DNA of 61,129 nt, filler included, from Sphacelaria rigidula (lineage: Eukaryota): assembly GCA_964200075.2 (NCBI GenBank). It is 9 parts of 9 records of this genome, joined end to end, with 100 filler letters (N's around TTAATTAATTAA, not from the genome) between each part and the next. Parts side by side here need not be neighbours in the genome. Positions count along the whole stretch, not along the records: positions 40,821 to 47,523 come from CAXNAA020018513.1; positions 47,624 to 54,326 come from CAXNAA020018514.1; positions 54,427 to 61,129 come from CAXNAA020018515.1; 6 more parts are not named here. One strand, given 5' to 3'. Of this stretch, positions 47,512 through 60,905 are shown one piece after another. Each line of letters begins with the position of its first letter. Within the stretch, counting starts at the first letter, position 1. The notes beneath the pieces were generated by a model, which worked only from the letters and a program-made list of their open reading frames with translations, did no database searches and was not told the DNA's origin. The translations under genes and the position numbers were made by a program.

Positions 47512-48424
47512 ACCACCCCCCCCNNNNNNNNNNNNNNNNNNNNNNNNNNNNNNNNNNNNNNNNNNNNTTAATTAATTAANNNNNNNNNNNNNNNNNNNNN
47601 NNNNNNNNNNNNNNNNNNNNNNNCTCTTCCCCCCCCCCCCCCCCCCCCGTTTTGTTGGTTTGTTTTTTTTATGGTACCCCCCCCCCCGCGCCCGGGGGGG
47701 GGGGGGGGGGTCAGGGTAGATCTAGTACAACAAAGCGACACGTGTGTAGGACGACCAAAATGTTGTGCACCGGCCTCCTGAACTATTCCTCCCACTGTCG
47801 TGCGGAAATTATTCACACGTCGGACAGCTCATGAGCTACCTGAATATTACTTCTTATTAGTATGATGATCCGGATGACGAGTTAGCTCACTTGGCCCCTT
47901 TTCCCATATTTGCTCCCTACAGCGCCGGACGCCGATCACGCGGAGAAGCGCAAAAGTAGCACTTTGGCTTCCTCATTGTCACGTATTTTATGTTCTTGGA
48001 CAACGGATATGAGGGTCATCTTCCATTAATTGTTCGAGGTAGCTTATGAGCTGTTCGACGCGTGAAATTGCTCTTGAACATGGGTGGCAATTTTTCATCT
48101 CGTAATGTGTAGTCAGTGTTGTATTGACCAAATGGCAGACAATTGTACCGAACAACAAAAACGCGGGTGCTGAGCAACTAGCGAAAACCGCTAAAAAAAG
48201 TTACCGATACATTGCTTGGCGGTAGCGTATAAGAACTGTGGCCGCATCGTCCGTCTCCTCCCCCCCTTCAAGCGCACAGGTCCAGCAGATGATTTCGTAG
48301 CTTGCAATTCTATACTTGATAGAAGGCGATGCAAATCTTCCACTGGCGATTAGCAGCACTCTTTTCGGGTCACCAAAACACCTTACCCGCTCGGAACGAG
48401 GTAGAGGTACCCTAGTTCGGCTAC

Positions 48425-48618
48425 AATCTAACCCTAACCCTAACCCTAACCGAAGGCATAGCGAGAACCCTCGGGCAAGGGGGTGCGAAGTCTTTCAAAG
48501 ACTAAGTGTGCGTTGACAGACGTCCAATCGACGCCGATGTGGACAACAACGCATTCTGCGCACGCTGGGAGCAATCAGGACTGTCAGCCCCACTAAAGAT
48601 CCGAATTTCGGTCTTCAC
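48425..48618 (+). mobile_element. Short (CCCTAA)n-bearing interspersed element with 3' hairpin (other copies ~41380-41585, ~52722-52896)
   Basis: Shared order of motifs: (CCCTAA)3, CGAGAACCCTCGGG, AAGTGTGCGTTG, AATCG.CG, AAGATCCGAAT. Confidence 0.7.
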
Positions 48619-48733
48619 ACTCAAATCAAGTGATATCAACCATGAATAGATTGCAGACGGACTGGGGTAAAGTCTACTACACGGAGCCCACACACAGACA
48701 TAGAAACAGACCACACGACACCACCGTACGCAC

Positions 48734-51700
48734 CTGAACACCTCGGCCAATCGCGATCCCACGGACCGTTCCCAGAATACGACCGGTCCTTGACCGGCGT
48801 CCATCGCCCCTCCCCGATCGTCTGCATTGCTCTGCCCACTGCCAGGGGCGCTGGCGGGACCACCAGTAGCAGCGTAGGCGACATCGCTGACCGTCATACC
48901 TCCTACTAGGTTGGAATCAGACAGAGACAGCCCCTGCCTCTGGGCTAAGAACGAGGTGTACCCCGGGTTGCGCTCGACAAAGTCTCTGAGTTGACACCTG
49001 AGCAACTTCACGGGGGGCACATATTGAGTACACGTGTGGAAAGGGTGTACGGGGCGGGCGAGACAAGCGGCCGACGAGATGTGATGGAAACCCTGGATCG
49101 TTCTACCACTCTCGGACATGACCTTTCTTATCCTGTGAAGGGCGTGCCGGGGGAGTACTCATTTGTTGCTTGCCTTAGTCGTTTGACTATTGATCACGCA
49201 TCCCTTTCGAGACGGAGCGCCGTTCTTATTCCTATTAGATACACCTCCAACATTCCTGCGTTCATTACGTTTCTTCCATACATTACACAAGACCTTTTAC
49301 ATACCTTATCCCCGTCCTGTTTCGCCGTCTCTGGTCACCATATATCTCCTATTATAGCCATCGTTTTCTCTCTGCTGTCTAATTCACCAAACAATTTCAT
49401 GCTATATTCGTTCACGTCCCGCATTTCCCCCTCTAGCACGTCCCGTTTCCTCCTTGTATAGTTCACATTTTACCACTATATGGCTTTATCACGGATGGGG
49501 GGGGCGAGGGGGTACCAACAATTTTGCGTGCTCGAGTCATTTGACCATTGAGTTCGCGCATCCCTACAAAGCCGGGGCGAAGCACGCCGGGTTTTCGCCG
49601 GACCAGGCTTGTAATCAATCTCCAAGTGCGAAGTGCCGTGATATGGTCGGCGAGTCGCATTAAGGCTGAGCTGCATCCGGCTAAGATTGTTCGGCCCGAA
49701 GCGCACTGATTACCTTGCATATGGATTGCAGCATCGAATGAGTTCCTTCATTTCCTGGTATCGTCACTTCTACAGATAGCTATGAGTCCCACTGCCTCAT
49801 GCGCGTCTCACCATTCAAACACTACGTAATATAATCATTCCCTTTGCGTGCGCGGAGTCGAGCTTCCCCCTACCCCGCGCAATATACCATTATGGCTACT
49901 GCTAAATGCAAGCGCACCCCCCCCATCCCCCCGGTAACCTGGTTGCCTAGCTTACGCAGTGAGGGCCGTGTTTTACAGCGTCGTTGCCAACCGACGCCAT
50001 CCCTTGAAAGGAAAAGGGGAGCAAGGGGTGACATAGGAGCTCAAGAATGAAAAAAGTTGAAGAAAAAACCCATCACGTCAGGTTTCGAGTACGTGGTAGG
50101 CTTGAGAGATCCAAATCCTGAAACGAAAAAACAAAACGCTGCGTGACGTGACAAAATGCAACAAAGTCAACCTACTCACGAACGGAAGCACATATTCATG
50201 TCTTCGTGTTTGTCCCGTTTTTTTTTTGTTTCTGTTTCGGGGAAAGCACCCACAGATACTCCCCAGATTTCGGGCAGACTGATCGCAACCCCCCCCCATC
50301 TGAACAAGAGAAAGGGAAGGGGGAGGGGGGTGGGTGCTCCGTGGAGGACCCATGACCCGGTGATTGAAAACAGAGAAATGCAGCATCCTTTGTTTGCTTC
50401 ATCGGGGGGGCGATAACATGCAGGTTTAAAAATGCGGCGGGCTTACGTCACCCGGGCAGGCGTGTTCGGGTCGAATAGTAACATCGTCTGTAGTAATTTT
50501 ATGCGTAATATTTACATTCCGTTCCGCAGTGGTCCAACCCACAACATAGATCATGGTCACGGAACTTGTGCAAACATTCGTCACTTGAACAGTAACATTG
50601 CCCATGTACCAAGCATAGCAACTCCATGTTAGAGTCTTCGTCTGACCCTGACAACCCGCGGAGCAAATTTACAGCGTAGGCGTGGCGACCGATGTGCCGG
50701 CTGATGCCGGCGCTTTGTCGGCTCAGTCGATAGTCGAGCATGGGGGGACGGAGGGGAAGCGCTCATGGTGACGATGCCCCAACACCATATCCTACGGGCG
50801 CGCAGAACGACTCTGCTAAAGCTCTCCTCGAGCGCGCACAAGAGATCCCGTCGAATTCCGCTCCTTCATCAGGGTCCGCGCGGCGGAGGATCCTCAGGGC
50901 CTCTGCAGCCACCACTGCTTCGATATAATCAGAAAACGTCCTCTCTACCTATTGTTTCGCAGTCTTGTGTTCTCAGGGTGGCACCGGCACAGACGTCGGA
51001 GCATGCCTTGATGTTGCACTTGTTCCAAGTTTCCGTTGCACTGTACTGACTGTACAACTGTGCTATACTGTTCGTGCTACTGGACTGTCTATACGACACT
51101 ACACAGTCACCTGTCCTACATGCCTGTACAGACACAGCGATGTTGTATTAGCAATCCTGGCTATCCCCGGGGCCGTGCTATCATGCGTCGATCATATTTT
51201 GATCTTGCACTTCATGTCACAACGTTTCTACTACTAACACGTGGTGGTACACGGCCTATACCATATATTTTTACCTTCGGAACGGCGCAGCTGGAAATTC
51301 CGTATGCTATGGGTTCACCGTCGAAACGACACAGAGCTGGAGCATACACCATACGCATTCACCAGCGGAAGGACACACAGGTGGAAAATAACACATACCA
51401 CACGCATTCACCTGCGGAACGACCACCGGTGGTAACAAGCGCGACTGGTCCTCAATGACACTCCAACCATCCTCCCCAATCGGCAACATTCCCGTCGCAC
51501 CAGCCTCCTCCTCCTCCTCCTCTCCCAAAGTCACATCTGCGGCAACCACGTCACCGCCGCTGATACTTGTATTGGCGTCATGTTCTTCGCCAAGAGCCCC
51601 GCTGAGATGAGCAATGTCGCCACTTTCCTCTCTAGCGCCTGGTGGTCGCGGTGGAGCGAGTTTGATGCTAGGACTGTTCTCGGGAATGGCGATCGTCCCG

Positions 51701-51753
51701 TTACGGTATTGCTCCAGGGTGTACTGAAGCCGGGCTAATGGGGCCATGCCCAC
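48734..51753 (-). CDS. Three internal exons of an unknown protein, weakly GT32/DXD glycosyltransferase-like
   Basis: Phase-consistent GT-AG exons 51753-51412, 50487-50447 and 48997-48734 give ...VVPQTMLLFDPNTPARVTCQLRDFVERNPGYTSFL...SVGSRLAEVFR. The exon structure is well supported; the GT32 resemblance (NP.Y, ..FR) is weak. Confidence 0.6.
49543..50003 (+). repeat. Uninterrupted copy of the 20412-type repeat (intronic)
   Basis: See 20412. Begins with CATCCCTACAAAGCCGGGGCGAAGCACGCCGGGTTTTCGCCGGACC, also present at 61085-61129. Confidence 0.75.
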
Positions 51754-54700
51754 CTGCCGTGCCATGTTTTTTGTTTAAATTATTGTAGAACAGACGAAGA
51801 CGTCTTTACTTCTCCCTTCGGTGTTACAATTTCCCTATCTTCGTTGTAATTCGGATTGTTGTGATTCCATTCGTGTTTTTCTTAACCTTGGTACTTTTGT
51901 TGGGGAGGGGGGGAGAAGTAAGTGGTGCGAAATCGGTGCAGCAAGAACGAAAAAAAAGAATGTGTAGGACGTCGAAATATCGTACAGCATTCGCCAAAAA
52001 GATGAATACGATGCGTTCGTGAACAACCATCACTCGGTCCGCTACTTATTTCTATCACTGCGAGCACATTCACTTTACTTTAGTTCATTGACGACGCCAA
52101 ATTGCGATCATTCTTCATACGTAACCCGATTTGAAAACACGAATATCCCTGCAGCATATGAAGATCAACAATATCTTCAAAGTCGAAAGCGTTCAAGGAC
52201 CGCTCTTCATGATGGAAAACAGTGTTCCTTCATGTTCACACGTTTTTTCATGTAAATCTTTCCCCTCCTCTCTTTTTTTTTTTGTAATTTCACTCGCATG
52301 ACTTGGCTTGCTTCCATCCCATTGCCATTATTTTTTCATTATTTTCGGGGAAGTTAAAATGGAAAAACCGATGAAAAGGCTTCCAAATTCAGCCCCACCA
52401 TCTAGAACTGACCTACGGACGCTCACCACAGAGGCAGGTGAGACTCACTTGAACCGAGCTGAACAGTCTAGACTGGGGTTACAACCACCAGCCAAATCTC
52501 GCCGCATTATTCGAAGATCTCAAATCTCTACACCCTGGACCATGAATTATACTGTCAAGAAGTCTATTGCGTACAGTACCGACTATTGCATCTATTTCAA
52601 TATACAATATATTCCATACTGTACGCAGTCGACTTTTGACATTGTAGTCTATTGTCCAGGGGACGAAAATCTGAGGGGACCTTAAGCTTTGGTCGAAAAT
52701 CTATGGTCATTTTTTTGCGAACTAACTAACCCTAACCCTAACCCTACCCCGGCCTACGGCGTACGAGATCTCTCGGGCAAGGGGGGTGCAGAGGTTACCC
52801 CAGGCAAAGTGTGCGTTGGCACACCTCAAATCGGCGTACGTTATGGGCAAGTCAGGAGCATTCAGCCCCTCTCAAGATCCGAATATCGGTGTTCATCGTG
52901 AATCAAGTAGCCATCCTGTCAACCATAGGTTTTCGATCAAAAGTTCAAGCTCTACCGAAAATTGTCGCCGCACATTGGGAGATCTACGGAACCGGGGCCT
53001 GGATCGTTCGGCTTCCAAGTAATCATCATAAGTCAGTCCGCTGTACCGACGCGAATGTATGCCTACATGTTGGGAAACCATACCGTTGTATGTACATGAT
53101 GCTAACCTGTACATAATAAGTACACGCGTAAGGCGGAGGAAAACACGTAACAGGAAACCGGTTCGGCAGTGATATGACTGTAAGGTCCCGGAACCCTCAC
53201 GCCTGTATAGATCAATCTCTGGTGCCCTAGGCAACGGGGGTCCTACGGAAGACGAGAGCTCAAGAAAACACTCTGTGCTCTGTACCCTGTGCAAGGTCGG
53301 TTTCCTCTGCCCATCACTCAGGCTCAAGGCTAATCCTTGCCTGAAGCATCAAGAGACAAAATACGCCTCGCTTCGGAGACTCTTCGGCAGTAGGGCTAGG
53401 ACAGCGACTTTCTCAGGAAGAACCAGGGATCACCTCTTTTGGTCATAGCGGGTAGTCACACCGTAAGGTCCGACGACCCCAGGAAACCAGTGTTGCACAC
53501 TGAGTTTCCTCTGTCCCACAAGTTGGGGTCTTTGAGTGTACAAAGAGCGCTCACCCTAACGGTGTGTGTGTGTACGACACTAAAGCTGGTATCGTTGAAA
53601 AGAAAAAGTAGGGGAAGCTGATGAAGAAAGTGAATTCCGACGTTTATTTTTGGTACAAAATTCGGCTAAAACTACTCCGTCATATCAAATCCGTGCTTGC
53701 CAAATCCGGCAGATATTTGCAATTTCGTGCTGGACATGAGTAAATACGCGACATAGTGGTTTCGGAAGACGAGTAGCTAGCCCCTGCACGAGAAGGGAAC
53801 TACAACGAAGAGGTTTTGGCGTTTTTTAAGCCATTTCCACCGCGTTTGTTTTTCTTTAGCCTACGGAAAAGGGGCGAAATACAGCCATTTTTCGGCCGTT
53901 CGACCGCGCGGAGGAAGCGACGTCTGTTGAACAACAACGTCGGTTTCAAATAAAGAAACGCTAAGGGATGTATTTGAACAAAAAATGAAAAAAGAACTGG
54001 ACGGTGAAGGGTCCGTAAAAACGTGAGTACCCTAATTTGTGGGACAGAGGAAGTGTGGGTCTATTCCAGCAGATGTACCAGTCAACATGAAAACATTGTT
54101 GCCTTGTCGTAGTAGTTTTTGGATTATTAGCATGGTATGCCGTTGCTCGTTTCTTTTACTCATCCGACTTTCAATGTCGATAGTGTATTTCTTCTGACGT
54201 AGAGAACTAGCATCTGCAACTCGCCACTGCACTTAGATACCCCCCCCCCCCCTCACCCCCCTCCCCCGACCACCCCCCCCCCCCCCCCCCCCCCCTCCCG
54301 CGCTCGCACGCCACCGGTTCGACGACNNNNNNNNNNNNNNNNNNNNNNNNNNNNNNNNNNNNNNNNNNNNTTAATTAATTAANNNNNNNNNNNNNNNNNN
54401 NNNNNNNNNNNNNNNNNNNNNNNNNNATGTATACCACGGTATGGGATACCCCGGTAAATACCGGGGGTACGCTCGGTATGGTACCTTACCTACGGTGCCT
54501 GTGGTCATCTGTTGAATCGGGATCAAAATCACTCGAAAAAAGTATGCATGATCCAGACGATACCCTCGCGGTCTACGGGGTTAATCGCTCCACTCTTTCT
54601 TTCCTGATGTGATTGGTTTACAAACACCAGGAAACGAAAAGAAAAAAAGTAGCATTAACGAACATCGGGTAGAACTCTGGAGGGTTTCGCAGAGAATAAC

Positions 54701-54944
54701 TTATGTCATTTTGGCGACGTCGTTCAACCCTTGGCCGCGAGCATGGGTCATCAGTTGAATCAGCATCAATTCCACATGGAAAATGATTGCGTGGCCAGAT
54801 GACCTCTCATCACGGTCAAAGGGTTGAGTAACAGGCTCCATTTCTGCCCTGAACATCCATATGAGACTGCAGTTCTTGGTGAGGCCATGCACGCGTGGCA
54901 AAAGCAGTGGTATCACGGCGGCATATACTAAGAAATACAACTTA

Positions 54945-55796
54945 CGTTGCATCTCCGTCGTCGCTGTCGTCAGCAACTCCTCCCGTCAGTGCAGATCTGC
55001 CACATTCCTGTGCCAGACCCTTGCCGTCGGGTGCAACGCTGTCCACTTGGGCACCCGTTGCCGCCGCATCTTTCGGGGAACTCGCTAATTCTGCAGCGAC
55101 CAACACGGCGCCAGTAGCCAACAGCAACCGCACAAACTCCGCCCGATTGCAGCTAGGAGGTACCGTATGCATGTCATCGACAGCACCGCTACTCCGGTCT
55201 ACGGCAGTACTGAGAGATGATCTATCCGGCGTGGCAAAGCTGTCGTCGCGACTGGTTGCCAAGGTACTGCAACTCAGTGTTCTCGCGCCATGTATCGCAG
55301 GCGATGGCGGCCGACTTCGTTGCAACAGTAGCTGCTCCTGTTCGTGGTGACAACCATTGCTCAACACGTAACTTCTGCTGAGATATTCATCGCAAGAAGA
55401 TTTTTGCCACACATGACTTCTGCCGCGGTAGCAGCAACTGATGCTGTCGGTTAGTGTTGCTCTTGCCACTGGTATCGTTGTTGGCGACTTTGGACGAAGC
55501 CGTCGTGGCGAATGACGACCCAGCTCGCAGGAGCATGTGCGGCAGCTATTGAAAGGCCACAGATATAGAGGGGATGGAAATAGCAAGGCTGGTGTCGATG
55601 CTGTTGCTGTCGCTGTTGTTGTATGGTGTGGCCATGATGGAAGAGGGTTCGCCATGTTCTTGCACATGACCAAAATACGGCGATCTCCCAAAGGTCCGTG
55701 TTTTTCATACTTATCCTCCGATTGATCAGACCCGCGTTTGACTGATATTTGCCCAGATGGGTTTCTCAGACCTGCATCCAGTTGAGACCTACCCAT
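54945..55796 (-). CDS. 5' part of a hypothetical, possibly plastid-targeted protein
   Basis: 284-codon open frame ending at a GTAAGT donor. NRAEFVRLLLATGAVLVAAELASSPKDAAA resembles a thylakoid-transfer-type hydrophobic segment. Start codon uncertain. Confidence 0.45.
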
Positions 55797-57375
55797 GATT
55801 GCCTTGTGGCACCATCATCTTGTTTTCTTGCCATTCTTTCAGTACATCTCACTCCTTCGAGAGGATTTCATAGTCTCCAGGGATCACCTTATCTGTCCTG
55901 CCCTGTTGATTTAGTGTGGAGCATTGGATCAGCAATCCTGCAGCCCGGCCATCGGACTCGTGTTGTTGGCTGTTCGGACTCCAGATGGGTGGCTGAGGCA
56001 TCCACTGAACGCACCCCGCAGATTCGCCATCTGAAACAAGTAGATGCAGAACAGTACGCGATCCATGTGAGAAATCTTCTAGTTAAATATCAGGCTGAGA
56101 TTGCTGCAAGGTTAGAAATTTGCTGGGAAAAAATTGTACTTTTCTCGAGGAGGAAATAAGCACTCATGAGAACTTGGAACGTGCGCTGAGGGTTGACATG
56201 TAAGAATCTACCCCACTGCACTGCACTCCAGGAAAGTGGAACCTACTCAAACACCTCGCAACGCCACATCAGGCTCCAATCCAAGCCGCCTCCTCTCCAG
56301 AACCGTCGTCACAGATGACGTTGAACAAAGAAAAAAAACAAAAAAGCTTCCCACCAGGCAAACATGAAAATATAAACTGAGTACCATATATAATGGTTGT
56401 TGTTCGTTTTTGCGATGCGAGTAGAATCAGTGCGGTCGTGGGGCTTGGGTGGTGAACTGTTTGCTGCCAGAGTACCCGCAGACCCCTGGAGCAGAGGACA
56501 AAAATTATACTTCATCGCTGTGTCGATTCGCGCTGGGTGAGGGTCTGCAGTGATGCATTTATTCCACAACGCCTGCGGGAGATGACGGCTCTTGCCAACT
56601 TGAAACCTGAAGGCGGGATACCTGAGTGGCCAATTCTTGCTGCTCAAGTAAATGCTGCCGCTACCGGTGGTGTGATTATCCGACTGTCAACGTTAGGGTG
56701 GAGAGAACGCGGGTTCGATTTCTGCTGGGTGCATTGGGTTCTGAGCTCGAAGTATCTGATTCTCACCGTTGAAGGCAAGTGTAGGTGGCTCGACAAAAAA
56801 TAGTTGGCTGGGTTTGTTTGATCAAAGTTGACACGGTGCGGGAGTGATGACCCAACCCGGGAGACCAAAATGCAAGGCGCATACCGGGGAGAGATGAGTC
56901 GTGTCCATGAGACCATGGACTCGCCCCGAGGAAGAGGAAGCGTTCACAGTGTGATAAAAACAATGTCGTCAAGGGTCACCTTGTTGGCACCCGTAGCTTC
57001 GAGGAGGACCGCACGTCGATCAACTGGAGGCGCACTTGCGGTATCTCCGAAGATGAGCACGCCCAGGATGCCGACGGCAAGGTCGCCGAGATACCTAACA
57101 ACGCAGACTACGTGGATGTTGTGGGGGACTCTAGAACGCCTTCTGGACCACCACCGCTTCGGTCTGCCGCCAGTGGGAAGGAGAAACGCCCTGGAACCAA
57201 GTCAAGATCCCCAGCAGGCACGAAGCATGCTAACCGAGGCGTCCTGAAAAAGGAGCGAGCTGGTATGACCTTATCCTGGAGGGTGTACGGACGAGCTGCA
57301 CCCATTGGTGTAGGACTTGGGGCACTCATCAAAGTCGACGTTGTGAAGCGACTCGACCTTCGGCTTGAGACCGGG

Positions 57376-57586
57376 TGCAATGCGTGAGAGGACCGCGTGC
57401 GTAGAGGACCGCGCCGTAGTTCAAAATACCACAGGATCGATGTTTTTCAAAACCAATCGGGCCAGTCCCTGCAGGTACCACGCCCCTGACTATAAACCCA
57501 AAACTAACCCTAACCCTAACCCTAACCATGGGGATGTTCAAATTCTGATGCGGTCCTCTAAGCACGCGGTCCTCTCACGCATTACA
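57376..57586. mobile_element. TG..CA MITE (Ginger-like) with internal (CTAACC)4, copy 2, opposite orientation
   Basis: Same TIR as 39937. Flanks CGGG / CCGG. Perfect telomere-type repeats at 57504-57527. Confidence 0.8.
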
Positions 57587-57993
57587 CCGGGGACAATGTG
57601 TAACAATGAGAGAGAAGCACGCTGACTACTTTTTAATAGCTCCGTACACAGCGGAGTCTCGACAAGGGGAAGGTGTATTATCCTCTTCTCGTATTTTCAC
57701 TCTTCCTTGACATACGAAGTGTATCTTTGCGGGCGTTATCGGGCTGCACACAATCTTGACGCTGGCATCACATCCCGATAACCGCCGGTGACAATCCCCG
57801 CCCGCACTCGTCGTTCGGGCCCCGTCGAAAACGTTCGCGTCGCTGTGACTGGGCAAGTCGCTGCCTGAGTTTCTCTACTACGGAGTATTATTATTCACAC
57901 ACAGTTCACCCGGTGTTAGTGTTTCGGGGTCCCAAGAGGGTGACGTGACAGTCTCGTTCCTTTTCCATAGTATGAAGGCGGTGTTGTTGAAGT

Positions 57994-58710
57994 TTAGGCG
58001 TCAGGACAATCCGCATTCCGCTTGTGATGATGCCGAGACTCGGAGAATGTGGTAGTTGGTACAAAAATCAAGGTGACGTATTCGCAGCCATAGTAGCATA
58101 AGGCGTTGAGGGCCCGGTCTGCATTGAAACGGTGGATACCAGCGATGATGAGTGTACATTGTTTTTCAGCACTTCCAGTCCGATGACGATTATACTGAGT
58201 ACGGTCGCAGCGAATCCTGCCGGCGTCATCGTCAATTTCGCCCGGTAAGGGATGGGCGCTCGCAGAAACCCAGCACAGAAGCAGCATTTAGGCTCCGTCA
58301 TATATGTGAGGGTCGGGGGCTGAACGTTCCCGGTGCAAGTCGCTCGACAGGTCAATTCTAAGCTTCTCTCGCGCGACCACTGAGCTCTGCCACAGACACT
58401 CGCCGGCGTACCCGACAAGGGAGCCACATCTCCGCACAGACAGAAGCAATGCTCGCGTACCCAAAGTGCCTACCGTCTGACAGCCGGCAAGGAAGTCATA
58501 GTGGTGTTCTTCTAGCGATATCAACCTATAGTGCACTCGGGCGGAGGTTGCACGTAAATATTTTGGCGATTGCCCCACTTGCACATGGTCCATATGTTGC
58601 GGATTTGTTCACGATCTCAGCGAGTAACGTTGTTGTATGTGGAAATGCACCACACCCTGGACAAAGATTTCTAGTTAGTACCTGCACTATGCTCAAAAGC
58701 GTACTGCTCA
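57994..58710 (-). repeat. Unclassified interspersed repeat, copy 3
   Basis: Reverse-complement match to ~19100-19610. One frame is open from 58593 to 57994 except for one stop. Confidence 0.75.
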
Positions 58711-59345
58711 GTCTGGAATATGTTGCCGAATTACAGACATATTTCATCCGCAATCGCTTGCGATATGTGCTGTGACAGATCTCGAGCGTGATTCTCCATC
58801 GTGGGGCGTGGCTTGTGAAACCAGCCGTTGATGCGGACAGTGCCCACCCCTCTTCACACCATGATCTCCTCTGAGCACAAGAGACTTCAAACTGCGGAGA
58901 ATTACTCAATTGACTGGAACGTATCCTACCACGTCTTCCAGGGGAATGCCTCCATATTATGGAAACGGAAGAAGACTGGTAACGGTGCGAAGAGCCGTGT
59001 GCAAGACCTTGTCGATATTTTCATGTAAGGCGTGGAATAGTTTGTGTCACAAACATATCACATATGGGCGACCTATGGCATGAGATGGCGTAGGATATTG
59101 AATACTTCGAAGTGAACAAAAACCATCCGGTAGCTAGTGATAATTCTGGCTTCATTGTTCGTCACTGAAGTAATGGCTCTTTTAATTTGCACAAGTGAGT
59201 ATAATGAAAATAAAAAAGGAATCGATGAAAACGCATGCAGTCGCCACAGCATCCACTTGTCTATTTGATATACATACACCCCAACAACCAACCATCTATA
59301 ACAAAACAAAAAGCAATCAACGCACTGCGCGCGTGGTATCACATA

Positions 59346-59419
59346 GCAACAACAACAACAACAACAACAACGACGACGACGACGACGACGACGACGACAA
59401 CAACAGCAGCAGCAGCAAC
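59346..59419 (+). repeat. Compound trinucleotide microsatellite (CAA)n(CGA)n(CAG)n
   Basis: Directly visible. Confidence 0.9.
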
Positions 59420-60101
59420 CGGTACAGTACTAGTACAATAACGAGAACAAAAATGAACAGGCAAAAATGTTTATGTTCATATACATCACTGTTTACTGTT
59501 TACAAAACCAAACATCATTAGCGTCTCCCGTGTGCCAAGCCCACATTTCCATAGCCACGGCAGCGCTAGCCACTCGTTCATAACACATATGGAGACGACT
59601 TGTGAGTCCAATAAGACGTTCCTCTCATGTAAACATGCTCGAAGTTTTACCTCGTCAATCGAATCTCGCCCACCCATCGGCACCCGAATCTTGGATGAAA
59701 CCAGGTGCGAACGATGTGAAATCCAACTGCCACCGACAAAATGAAGTTTGTTCCCGCCCTCCACCACCTAAATAGCACCCTCAGTCGCCCTTGCCCTGGT
59801 TTTATCGCGCAAACATGCGTTTCGGCTAGGCATCCTCCCTACACGCGCCAACTATGCTAATGCACGTACCCATTCTGAAATTGGGTACGAAAAAAAAAAA
59901 AGCACAATAAACGAAGCGAAAGCCTGCCGAGGGGAGGCCGATAACGCAGTCTCAGCGCACAAAACCAGGCCTCGGAGTAACAAGAAACCCGCTTCGACCA
60001 CCGCACAACAGCGGCGGCACCGTTTCGGCCGCACTCCCCGGAAAGCCGTGTCTGCTCTTTCTCGACAGCAGCATTGGCTTACGCGCTCCATAGTGGCGTC
60101 A

Positions 60102-60905
60102 TTATTTCCCGTGACACACGCCCGCGGCGATAATAAGGTTCCTCTTCGTGAAAAGTACGCTGTTTACAAATAATGACACCGGGTATACATCACGACGAGA
60201 CAAAGAGGTACGCGTGAGGAGGGTGGCGTGGGGGTGGGAGTGGGGGGTCCGGGAAACGTTGCAGTATACTCTCTCCTGAGTCAAAATCAAGCAATCTGTT
60301 TTTAGTGACTTCACGTACAACAACCATAAACTTTGTGGGTCGATGCACCTCACGGTTTCCAGTGTGAAATGTGCATGAGATCACGGCTTGAACCATCTCG
60401 AGGCAACGACCGAAGCCAGGGTACCTTCAGGCACGGGGAGTGCAGTGAGAGGGAGCCATGATACCCAAGAGATAGAACTCCATACTGGTGGAAATATGTA
60501 CTCCCGATATGAATGCATACTGACGAAAACACAAATATCTACGCGTGGGGCGAAAGACTCTTCCACGTACATAGACGTGTCCTCGTTAAACATGGAAACG
60601 ACGTATCGTTTCCTGTCTCACCTGTGCACCCGAGTGTTTCTGGTTCGGAAAGTGTGCACCGGTCCGTGACTCGAATCATCTTCCGTCGACGACCACAGGC
60701 GCGCTTTCCGCTTCATTCCCGCCGCCTTGCCCTTGCTGTTGGCGTTACTGTCACCCCCCTCGGCAGCAGCAGGCGAGGCAGTCGAACTGCCAATGTCTCG
60801 AGTGTTGCGGTCGTTGCTACCCGGACCTCGGCCGCTGCATGCCTTCGTCACGTCCCATACCATAACGGCATTGTCCTTGCCTCCGCTCACGAGCGCGGAA
60901 CCCTC
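60102..60905 (-). CDS. TAF5: TFIID subunit 5 (WD40), last two exons
   Basis: Exons 60905-60622 and 60159-60102 join in phase: EGSALVSGGKDNAVMVWDV...HTFRTRNTRVHSVLFTKRNLIIAAG. This matches the TAF5 C-terminal signature (T..TK.TPV..L.FTRRNL.LAAG). Confidence 0.88.

Noticed and set aside
48428..48451. (CCCTAA)n tracts as true chromosome ends
   Set aside because: Only 3-4 units, internal, and embedded in dispersed repeat families.
53179..53561. Possible solo LTR (TGTAAGG...CCCTAACG)
   Set aside because: Terminus imperfect, no convincing TSD and no second copy in the window; not supportable.
41811..60905. CAP-D2, TAF5 and neighbours as a functional gene cluster
   Set aside because: They lie on different, artificially joined contigs.
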